A stretch of DNA of 32,000 nt. It comes from Pseudoalteromonas tetraodonis (GTDB lineage Bacteria > Pseudomonadota > Gammaproteobacteria > Enterobacterales > Alteromonadaceae). The position numbers were made by a program, and so were the translations under genes. Where the stretch lies: positions 1,440,001-1,472,000 of the forward strand of contig NZ_CP011041.1 of NCBI RefSeq assembly GCF_002310835.1. Reading direction: 5' to 3'. Below, piece by piece: positions 19,239 through 26,529 of the stretch. How positions within the stretch are numbered: position 1 is the stretch's first letter; each line of letters begins with the position of its first letter. The notes beneath the pieces were generated by a model. That model was not told where the DNA came from. It searched no databases and saw only the letters and a list, made by a program, of their open reading frames with translations.

Positions 19239-20012
19239 CTAAATATCATGTTGTTGTAGGCCAAGTATTTTTAATTTGGTTGCTAGGGTATTTTGTGCAA
19301 GTGTTTTTTTTACTATTTTATAAAGTGTGTTTACATTAAGTTGGTGTGTAGCGCGAATTAATAATTGGTGTTTATAGGTTTGCGCGACGCGTTCAGAGAT
19401 AAGCAGCTTTTTTTTACTTTCTGGGTATTTATTGAGGTATTGATTTAAGTAAGAACGGGTAACAATCGCCATATCGCTGCGTTTTTTTAATACTAATTCA
19501 ATACTTTTTTTATGACTGCTCAGTAACGTCATTTTATATTCGTTTTCAAGTATTGAGGGATTGTTTTCAAAGTTTGCTAACTGATAGTGATAGCCTAAAA
19601 TCCCAATTAGGGTTTTATCGTCTAAGTTATCAAACCAAGCTTGTGACTTTGCAAATTGCTTTAAAGCAATAAATACTTCGCTGTCTGTTGCTATCACAGG
19701 GGAGTTACTGATTATATGGTTGCCTTGTAGCCACCCCCAGTTTGGATCTTCAAAAAATACCGCATCGAACAAACCTTGCTGATAATCTTTAAAGCGCCGA
19801 ATAGGTGTGGTGAGCACAAGCTCAAAATGATAGTCAGATTGTATTTTATTAAGTTCAGCAATTAGCTCTACGGTGAGACCTGAAGCACGGCCGTCAACAA
19901 TCTCTATGTAGGGAGGAAATTCATAGCCACCCACTTTGACCAGAGTTTTAGCTTGAACTTGCCCAGCAAAAATAAATAGCAATAGTAATGTAATGAGTGC
20001 GGCAGACTTCAC
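19239..20012 (-). CDS. Periplasmic solute-binding-protein-like protein (SBP family 3 fold), orphan paralogue
   Basis: Signal peptide MKSAALITLLLLFIFAGQVQA. YEFPPY motif and the same overall pattern as 17183-18082. No transporter genes nearby. Confidence 0.6.
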   Translation of the reverse strand: MKSAALITLLLLFIFAGQVQAKTLVKVGGYEFPPYIEIVDGRASGLTVELIAELNKIQSDYHFELVLTTPIRRFKDYQQGLFDAVFFEDPNWGWLQGNHIISNSPVIATDSEVFIALKQFAKSQAWFDNLDDKTLIGILGYHYQLANFENNPSILENEYKMTLLSSHKKSIELVLKKRSDMAIVTRSYLNQYLNKYPESKKKLLISERVAQTYKHQLLIRATHQLNVNTLYKIVKKTLAQNTLATKLKILGLQQHDI

Positions 20013-20240
20013 AGGTAAATCCTTTCCTAGAATACTTTCTGATATTTCATCTTATAAGATAGCCTACTTGTTAACATAGTATTAATTTTCAAGCAATAAA
20101 TTCTGACTTTGCAACGTGATTATATGGATGTTACCTGATATTTATTAAGGAAGTTTAGATCGTGAGCGTTTTTTTGGAGCTTTTTGATGTTGGCGTTGCT
20201 TGATGGCGGGTGTTTCACCAATGTCGGGTGTTTCCCCAAT

Positions 20241-20325
20241 GTCGGGTGGCGCGGCTTCGCCACTTAACCAACCTACGTTCTTAATAATTAACGTAGGTTG
20301 GATAAGCCAGAGGCGCCATCCGACG
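20241..20325. repeat. REPIN: inverted pair of REP hairpins upstream of the RAYT gene
   Basis: GTCGGGTGGCGCGGCTTCGCCACTTAACCAACCTACG (20241-20277), 14-nt spacer, then CGTAGGTTGGATAAGCCAGAGGCGCCATCCGACG (20292-20325). CCAACCTACG/CGTAGGTTGG is a perfect 10-nt inverted repeat. Partial CAATGTCGGGTG copies at 20218-20240. Confidence 0.85.
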
Positions 20326-20405
20326 ATGTTGGATAATTCAAAGGCGTTATCCTAAGGTATTGAATAACCCAGAGGTATTAGTCGTTTATTATAAGGAGAT
20401 TTTAT

Positions 20406-20903
20406 GTGAGATATCGTAGAAATTATCAACCGGGAGGAACGTATTTTTTTACGGTTAATTTGCAGGATCGTAAAGAGTCATTATTGGTTGAGCATATTGA
20501 TTTATTGCGTGGGGCTGTGCGCTGGGTAAAAATGCATAAACCATTTTATATTGATGCGTGGGTGGTGTTGCCTGATCATATGCATGCAGTGTTAACTTTA
20601 CCCGAAGGTGATAGCGATTATTCTGGTCGTTGGCGCGAAATTAAAAAACGTTTTTCTAAAGGCTTGCCTAAAAACGAACATGTATCACTCGCACGCGTTA
20701 ATAAAAATGAACGAGGGATTTGGCAACGCCGTTTTTGGGAGCATACCATTGTTGATGAACGTGATTATTGGCACCATGTAAATTATGTTCATTTTAATCC
20801 GCTTAAACATGGTTTGGTTGAACGGGTGGTTGATTGGCCTTATTCAAGCTTTCATAAAGCGGTCGCATCAGGAATGTACAGCCGTAATTGGTGTGGGGAA
20901 TAA
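20406..20903 (+). CDS. REP-associated tyrosine transposase (RAYT; IS200/IS605-like Y1 HUH transposase family)
   Basis: 165 aa, GTG start. HUH motif in VVLPDHMHAVL. Catalytic-Tyr region YVHFNPLKHGLV. Flanked on both sides by REP hairpins. Confidence 0.85.
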   Translation: MRYRRNYQPGGTYFFTVNLQDRKESLLVEHIDLLRGAVRWVKMHKPFYIDAWVVLPDHMHAVLTLPEGDSDYSGRWREIKKRFSKGLPKNEHVSLARVNKNERGIWQRRFWEHTIVDERDYWHHVNYVHFNPLKHGLVERVVDWPYSSFHKAVASGMYSRNWCGE

Positions 20904-20950
20904 TTAATACATTTTATGTCGGGTGTTTCACATACGTTACCAATAATGAA

Positions 20951-20984
20951 CGTAGGTCGGATAAGCCGGAAGCGTCATCCGACG
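20951..20984 (+). repeat. REP hairpin downstream of the RAYT gene
   Basis: CGTAGGTCGGATAAGCCGGAAGCGTCATCCGACG with perfect stem GTCGGAT/ATCCGAC, followed by ATGTTGG as in the upstream copy. A truncated inverted partner (ATGTCGGGTGTTTCACATACGTT) lies at 20916-20938. Confidence 0.8.
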
Positions 20985-21077
20985 ATGTTGGTATTGGTCA
21001 TTACCTGTGCATGCTTTGCTTTATGTTGGATGGTGTTTAGTGTTGGAATGTTACCTAATTTATGGTGTTTTACCAAT

Positions 21078-21114
21078 GTCGGGTGGCGCGGCTTCGCCAC
21101 TTAACCGACCTACG
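21078..21114 (-). repeat. REP hairpin (second sequence type), inverted orientation, abutting the tRNA-derived repeats
   Basis: GTCGGGTGGCGCGGCTTCGCCACTTAACCGACCTACG, one mismatch from the 20241-20277 copy. Confidence 0.8.
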
Positions 21115-21126
21115 TTCTTTTTTTAT

Positions 21127-21302
21127 TGGTACGACTGAGTGGATTTGGAGCATTGACCCTTGGAGCGGGTGATTAAGAGTAGGTAGTGCTTTTTCTTGGG
21201 GTGTTTTTTTGAATTGGTACGACTGAGTGGATTTGGAGCATTGACCCTTGGAGCGGGTGATTAAGAGTAGGTAGTGCTTTTTCTTGGGGTGTTTTTTTGA
21301 AT
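21127..21302 (-). pseudogene. Two tandem 88-bp tRNA-Val-derived units (type A), not functional tRNAs
   Basis: Units 21127-21214 and 21215-21302. Each begins (+ strand) with TGGTACGACTGAGTGGATT, which is the CCA end, discriminator, 3' acceptor and part of the T arm of the adjacent tRNA-Val. The T stem is degenerate and the D arm and 5' acceptor are absent. Confidence 0.8.
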
Positions 21303-21379
21303 TGGTACGACTGAGTGGATTCGAACCACCGACCCCTACCATGTCAAGGTAGTGCTCTAACCAACTGAGCTACAGTCGT
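21303..21379 (-). tRNA. tRNA-Val (anticodon GAC), CCA encoded
   Basis: Minus strand: ACGACTG-TA-GCTC-AGTTGGTTA-GAGC-A-CTACC-TTGACAT-GGTAG-GGGTC-GGTGG-TTCGAAT-CCACT-CAGTCGT-A-CCA. 77 nt, full cloverleaf. Very similar to E. coli tRNA-Val(GAC). Confidence 0.95.
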
Positions 21380-21405
21380 ACAATATGAAATTCTTAAACT
21401 TTGTT

Positions 21406-21609
21406 TGGTACGACTGAGTGGATTCGAACCACCGACTTCTGGACCGGGTGATCAAGAGTAGGTAGTGCTTTTTCCTTCAACGTACTTTAATTAAATCTTT
21501 AAAAATTTGGTACGACTGAGTGGATTCGAACCACCGACTTCTGGACCGGGTGATCAAGAGTAGGTAGTGCTTTTTCTTTCAACGTACTTTAATTAAATCT
21601 TTAAAAATT
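21406..21609 (-). pseudogene. Two tandem 102-bp tRNA-Val-derived units (type B), not functional tRNAs
   Basis: Units 21406-21507 and 21508-21609. They retain 31 nt of the tRNA 3' end (TGGTACGACTGAGTGGATTCGAACCACCGAC on +, an intact T arm) and GGTAGTGCT. The anticodon/variable region is replaced and the D arm and 5' acceptor are lost. Confidence 0.8.
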
Positions 21610-21686
21610 TGGTACGACTGAGTGGATTCGAACCACCGACCCCTACCATGTCAAGGTAGTGCTCTAACCAACTGAGCTACAGTCGT
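21610..21686 (-). tRNA. tRNA-Val (anticodon GAC), CCA encoded
   Basis: Identical 77-nt sequence to 21303-21379. Confidence 0.95.
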
Positions 21687-21790
21687 ACTATGAGTTTACG
21701 TACTATTTAATTCATCCATGAAGCTTCATCCTGTCGGCGTCCTGCCTCCACCTCGTTCGGCTGCGAAGCTTCGCTTCGGTCCAATCTCGC

Positions 21791-21809
21791 CCAACTGAGC
21801 TACAGTCGT
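21791..21809 (-). pseudogene. Isolated 5' fragment of tRNA-Val (5' acceptor strand plus first half of the D arm)
   Basis: + strand CCAACTGAGCTACAGTCGT is identical to the 5' 19 nt of the tRNA (minus strand ACGACTGTAGCTCAGTTGG). What follows in the transcription direction is unrelated GC-rich sequence. Confidence 0.75.
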
Positions 21810-21853
21810 ACTGCATGTATTTAAGAATTGTTAATTGCTTAACAACGGTCGCT

Positions 21854-21882
21854 AATATATAGCGTGATGAGTGGTGAATCAA
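21854..21882 (-). promoter_or_regulatory. Sigma-70 promoter of the tRNA-Val operon
   Basis: Minus strand TTGATT (21882-21877), 17 nt, TATATT (21859-21854), followed by a GC-rich discriminator AGCGACCG. AT-rich UP-like sequence upstream. Confidence 0.65.
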
Positions 21883-21922
21883 GCATGTTTATGGTTTTTA
21901 AGTTTATTTGCCGTTTTTTTAT

Positions 21923-22972
21923 TCATATTGGACTGATTTCGCACGTTTTATAAAATTTTTGCCACCAGATAACATGCTCTTTTGCTGACGCTTTTAGCTG
22001 AGAGAGTAAGTTGTTAGAATTTGGGTCAAGTAGGGCATTTACCGCTTCACTACTCACTGCTTGATTAAACCATAGCTGCATATAAAGCGGCTGCAATGTT
22101 TCTAAATACCCGCTCAGCTGTGCTTGATAAGGCTGTATTTGTTTTAAATAATATTTATTAAATATATTACTGACAATTTTAGCCTGCTGCTTGTTTTTCC
22201 CTTTAGGGCAAATATCTTCTACTACTAATGAATTTACAAACTGGGTTGCTGTATGATTTAAGCTAATTTGTTCTCGCGCAGCTTGAATAAGCTGTTGGTC
22301 AAATTTGTATCTGTTGAGCGGTTCAAGCGCTGACAAAATATCATCGCTGTTTATTGCCATACTCCCTTTAGTTTCTATTTGGTGTTTAATGGTCGTTAGC
22401 TTTTTAAGCGCCTCAACCGTGTCACTAAACCCAGCCGGTTGAGTGCTGAGTTCTTGGCCAGTAAGCTGCCAAGTGCTGCTCAGTTCAGGTTCACTATATA
22501 AAACATTATTAAAATAATGAGCGAGTTGAGTTTGTTTTTGGGTTTTTGCCGCTGCAATTTTACTGTGAACGTTGCTTTGTTTATCTAAGGTGTTTAAACA
22601 GTTTTGCGCGCTTTGAATAAAATCTATTTGGTACTTCAATTGGCTAGCAGCGGTGGCTGTTTTGCCTAATTGATTATTATGCTCGCTTATCAGAACGTTA
22701 AGTTTACATTGGCTAATACCAGCTAGTTCAGTTATGCCAATTTTAATGGCAGGTTGCAACGCTTCAACTGGCTCTATTAAGGCTAATTGTTGCAGTGGCT
22801 TTGTGTGTGGCTCAGGCGTTTGTAAGGTATTACTCAAGCGAGACAAATAGGTTTTATTTGCCTCACTGGGCTGCTCTGAGCAGCCCAAAAGCACCATACA
22901 ACATGCCGCCAATAACCAATTAAGCGGCAGTTTGGTATAGATTGATTGTTTAAGTGAGAATAAATGGTTCAC
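21923..22972 (-). CDS. Lipoprotein of unknown function (possibly the DUF3080 family; unverified)
   Basis: 349 aa. Lipobox in ACCMVLLGC|SEQ. Start overlaps the norM stop by 23 nt. Confidence 0.5.
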   Translation of the reverse strand: MNHLFSLKQSIYTKLPLNWLLAACCMVLLGCSEQPSEANKTYLSRLSNTLQTPEPHTKPLQQLALIEPVEALQPAIKIGITELAGISQCKLNVLISEHNNQLGKTATAASQLKYQIDFIQSAQNCLNTLDKQSNVHSKIAAAKTQKQTQLAHYFNNVLYSEPELSSTWQLTGQELSTQPAGFSDTVEALKKLTTIKHQIETKGSMAINSDDILSALEPLNRYKFDQQLIQAAREQISLNHTATQFVNSLVVEDICPKGKNKQQAKIVSNIFNKYYLKQIQPYQAQLSGYLETLQPLYMQLWFNQAVSSEAVNALLDPNSNNLLSQLKASAKEHVIWWQKFYKTCEISPI

Positions 22973-24305
22973 GTTTAAATCGCCTATGAACGGTCAGCAT
23001 CAGTAGTATAGCTGCAACTGATAGGCCAACGATAATGCCTATCCAAAAACCATGCGGGCCCATTGCTGGCACTATCATGTCTGTTCTTGCTAATACGTAG
23101 CCTAAACTAAAGCCGATTAACCAATAAGAAATAAAAGTGATATACGAAATCGGCGCTGTGTGTTTTAAACCACGTAAAATACCGTTTGCAGCTACCTGTA
23201 ATGCATCAGGAAGTTGGTAAATACAGGCTAAAATCATAATTGATGAAGCAAGCGCAAGTACCGCAGGGCTATCGCTATATAATTGGCTGATCACGTCACG
23301 CCCTATAAATGTAATAAAAGCGATAAACAACGCGACCATAGCCGCCATAATATAACTTGTCGATACCGCTACTTTTAATTGATCTAAATGATTTTGCCCA
23401 AATAAATTACCAATTCGTATGCTAATGGCAATTGAGAGGCTCAGAGGCATCATAAATAATAGTGCAGTCACACTGGCTGCAATTTGATGGCCAGACACAG
23501 CCACCGCACCCAAATGCGCAATAAACAGGGGAATACAGGCAAACAAGGTCACTTCAAAAAAAGTAGCGAGTGAAATAGGAATACCGAGTTTGGTAATAAT
23601 ACCAATGGTTTTAAAATTGGGTTTTTCAAAGCCAGTTAATAAGCCTTTGGCATCTATTTTTTTACTCAGCTGGCAATAAGTAACTTGCGCAATAGCCATT
23701 ACAGTAAATACCAGTGCGGTGGCAATACCACAGCCAGCGCCCCCAAATGCGGGTAGACCAAATAAGCCCTTAATAAAAATATAATTGAGTGGGATATTTA
23801 CCGCAAGTCCGAGTAGGCTGATATAAAACGCAGGCTTGGTCATCCCCATGCCTTCGGTCATATTTCTATACACGGTAAAAATTAAAAAACCAAATACACC
23901 CCATTTAACAAAATGAATGTAATCAAAAGCAAGTCCCGCAATCGCCGGGCTAGTATCAAGCTGTAAAATAACGGTGTTGGCAAGCTGGGCAGCACAAAAA
24001 CCTGCAATACTCAAAAGGAGCGTTAAATAAAGCGCTTGCTGAAAATAATGGCTAATGCCGTTGCGGTCTTTAGCACCCGCAAATTGAGCAATGACTCCCG
24101 TTAGGGCTAATAGAATACCTTGTATTGCTAATAAAATTGGGTTCCATATTCCTGTAGCAATTGAGAGGGCAGCGAGATCGGTTGGACTCACTTGTCCGGC
24201 CATAATGGTATCAACCACTGACATTAATACTAAGGTCACTTGTGCTAAAAAAACGGGAAAGGCGAGGGAAAGTAAACGTTTAGCTTCCCAACTACAAAAA
24301 GTCAT
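22950..24305 (-). CDS. norM: MATE-family multidrug efflux pump (NorM/MdtK-like)
   Basis: 451 aa and about 12 TM segments. The N-terminus KRLLSLAFPVFLAQVTLVLMSVVDTIMAG is typical of MATE pumps. Divergent from ribE, as mdtK is from ribC in E. coli. Confidence 0.85.
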   Translation of the reverse strand: MTFCSWEAKRLLSLAFPVFLAQVTLVLMSVVDTIMAGQVSPTDLAALSIATGIWNPILLAIQGILLALTGVIAQFAGAKDRNGISHYFQQALYLTLLLSIAGFCAAQLANTVILQLDTSPAIAGLAFDYIHFVKWGVFGFLIFTVYRNMTEGMGMTKPAFYISLLGLAVNIPLNYIFIKGLFGLPAFGGAGCGIATALVFTVMAIAQVTYCQLSKKIDAKGLLTGFEKPNFKTIGIITKLGIPISLATFFEVTLFACIPLFIAHLGAVAVSGHQIAASVTALLFMMPLSLSIAISIRIGNLFGQNHLDQLKVAVSTSYIMAAMVALFIAFITFIGRDVISQLYSDSPAVLALASSIMILACIYQLPDALQVAANGILRGLKHTAPISYITFISYWLIGFSLGYVLARTDMIVPAMGPHGFWIGIIVGLSVAAILLMLTVHRRFKREPFILT

Positions 24306-24497
24306 AAAAAACAGCTATTCAGAAAAACATGGGCGCATTGTAATCTATTGTGATTACTCTATCTATGTAGACAATCAGCGAATCTATTAAATTGCTGCAT
24401 AAGCTTACTTTTGTTGCGAATAAAAGTGCTATTAAGTGAATTATTTTAGCGATTGATACGTTAAACTAGCACTTTGTTAGAAAGAGAAGCGATTTTT

Positions 24498-25124
24498 ATG
24501 TTTACCGGTATTATTCAAACTCAAGCAACAGTAGTCTCTAGAACCCATACGCAGGGAGTATTACGTTTAGTCGTTTCTGTTAATGAACAATACGTAAAGC
24601 ATTTAGACTTAGGTGCTAGCATCGCTATAAATGGTTGCTGCTTAACGGTAGTTAAAGTAGAGCTTAGTAATCAAGATGTGGTGGCTCAAGTGCATTTTGA
24701 TGTTATTGACGAAACTCTGCAGCTTACTAACCTTGGACAACTGGAATTGGGTAGTTTAGTCAATTACGAGCGTTCTGTGTCGTTTGGTACTGAGCTGGGT
24801 GGGCACATAGTCTCTGGCCATATTCATTGTACTGCCAAAATAGTGCAAATAGTTAAACTAGAAAATAACTACAAAATGCAGCTTAGCCTTCCAAAAAAAT
24901 GGCAAAAATATGTTTTATATAAAGGGTTTGTATCTATTAATGGCGCCAGTTTAACGGTTGGCAATATTGATGAGCATGGCTTTTGGTTACACTTAATACC
25001 AGAAACACTCGATATTACTAATTTAGGTGCAGCTGTTGTAGGTGATGAATTTAATATAGAAGTTGATCAGCAAACATACACTATTATAAACACCGTCGAA
25101 AACTACATGCGCCAACATAGCTAA
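24498..25124 (+). CDS. ribE: Riboflavin synthase (alpha chain)
   Basis: Starts MFTGIIQ. Internal duplication (second lumazine-binding repeat GHIVSGHI...SINGASLTV). ATG 24498 with RBS AAGAGAAG is preferred over the TTG at 24474. Confidence 0.95.
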   Translation: MFTGIIQTQATVVSRTHTQGVLRLVVSVNEQYVKHLDLGASIAINGCCLTVVKVELSNQDVVAQVHFDVIDETLQLTNLGQLELGSLVNYERSVSFGTELGGHIVSGHIHCTAKIVQIVKLENNYKMQLSLPKKWQKYVLYKGFVSINGASLTVGNIDEHGFWLHLIPETLDITNLGAAVVGDEFNIEVDQQTYTIINTVENYMRQHS

Positions 25125-25324
25125 AATATTTGTTCGTCATCGCTGTCCACGTGTAACTCTAACTTATTACGTGCATAGTCTATATGCATATTTAAATGAA
25201 TTAGATTACAGCAAGCACTGCATTCTTCATAGTAGTCTTGGTCGCCCATACTGGCATCAAGGTCTAAATGAATATGGTGTCCACAATGTGGGCAGGCGAT
25301 ACGTTGTGATAAAAAGTCTTTCAT
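25121..25324 (-). CDS. CPXCG-motif cysteine-rich small protein
   Basis: 67 aa. CPHCG ... CSACC four-Cys arrangement and an acidic C-terminus. Matches the CPXCG mini-protein family as I remember it. Confidence 0.7.
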   Translation of the reverse strand: MKDFLSQRIACPHCGHHIHLDLDASMGDQDYYEECSACCNLIHLNMHIDYARNKLELHVDSDDEQIF

Positions 25325-25536
25325 AACACCCCCTTAAAAATTAAGTTATTTTACCTAGATAGTACATAATGGCTTGACACTAAGTAGCTTAAACTCTGAC
25401 TAAATGATTTACTTATATTGAGCTCTCAACAGTGACTTATTACAAGTAAATTTAATCAATTAGCGTTAAAAATAACGCTTGAATAGATTTATTTTGTAGA
25501 GTTCAAGTATAAGTATAGTGCTTATATTTTGTTTAC

Positions 25537-26406
25537 TCATTTATTTAAGTTTAGTAGTTTTTCAACGTGTTCTTTAGCCTGATTTAAGTAATGGCCTGCA
25601 TAAATATTGGCGTGGTTTAAAATAGGGTAAAGCTGATAAATAAGCTTACGATGTTGGTAGTTCTGAGAGAGTGGATAATGATGATTATAGGCGCTATAAA
25701 ATTCATCGGGTAATGGGGCAAAAAGCTCACTCATAGCAATATCGACCTCCCGATCACCGTAATAGCAGGCAGGGTCAAATAGGGTCGGAATATTATTTAC
25801 AAATCCCATGTTTCCGCGCCAAAAGTCGCCATGTAATAATGAGGGCAAAACATGATGATTATGCAGTTGCTCTTTTACTAAATTTATCAGTTGTTCGGGG
25901 TCTGCCAGCACAATGTCTTTTTCAGCTAATAGCTGTAATTGCCAACCAATACGTTCTTCTGCAAAAAATACATCCCATTTTTTATGCCATTGATTTGGTT
26001 GAGGTGTAGAGCTTAAATAATTGTCTGTATCAAAACCAAACATCGCTTGCTCGTGTTTTTGATGTAACATGGCAAGGTGTTCACCCATCGTTGACCAATG
26101 CGTGTGGGGAAGGTCATCAAGTGTAAGCCACTCTAATACAATAAACGCATATTCTATATTGGCGCCAGTTGTAATACAGTCGGGCACCATAAATATACTG
26201 TTTTGAGTGAGTTGTTTTAAGCCCTGTGCTTGTGCTTCAAAGCGATCGAGCTCATTCTTTTGCGCAATTTTAACTAAATAATTGTGCTTGCCATCACTTA
26301 TATGGAAAAGCTTATCGGTTGATGTGTTTTGCAACTGACGTTTATGGGTGTGTTTAAAATCGTAATGGATAGCTTGGCTGATCTGTTGATTGATTGTTTT
26401 CCACAT
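25537..26406 (-). CDS. Fructosamine/ketosamine kinase family protein (YniA-like)
   Basis: 289 aa. Catalytic-loop motif LLHGDFWRGN and DPACYYGDREVD. Confidence 0.9.
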   Translation of the reverse strand: MWKTINQQISQAIHYDFKHTHKRQLQNTSTDKLFHISDGKHNYLVKIAQKNELDRFEAQAQGLKQLTQNSIFMVPDCITTGANIEYAFIVLEWLTLDDLPHTHWSTMGEHLAMLHQKHEQAMFGFDTDNYLSSTPQPNQWHKKWDVFFAEERIGWQLQLLAEKDIVLADPEQLINLVKEQLHNHHVLPSLLHGDFWRGNMGFVNNIPTLFDPACYYGDREVDIAMSELFAPLPDEFYSAYNHHYPLSQNYQHRKLIYQLYPILNHANIYAGHYLNQAKEHVEKLLNLNK

Positions 26407-26529
26407 AACAATTGCTCACCTTTTAAACCTATAAATAAACTATGGCAAAAAGGGATTAAATAAACAAATTAATCGGTGTAAAATTAAGACTATCAATTTC
26501 TGATACAAATCACTGAAATGGAATAAAAA

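Noticed and set aside
20916-21342. ORFs 20916-21104 (+, 62 aa) and 21070-21342 (-, 90 aa)
   Set aside because: They are composed entirely of REP hairpins and tRNA-derived repeats. The 90-aa ORF even reads through a tRNA gene. These are spurious.
21127-21811. Repeated tRNA 3' ends as attL/attR of an integrated genomic island
   Set aside because: The repeats are only 88-102 bp apart with no cargo, and no integrase or excisionase lies nearby. The neighbouring RAYT is not a tRNA-targeting integrase.
24306-24497. FMN riboswitch upstream of ribE
   Set aside because: I could not find the conserved GC-rich FMN-element core. The region is AT-rich promoter-like DNA shared with divergent norM.
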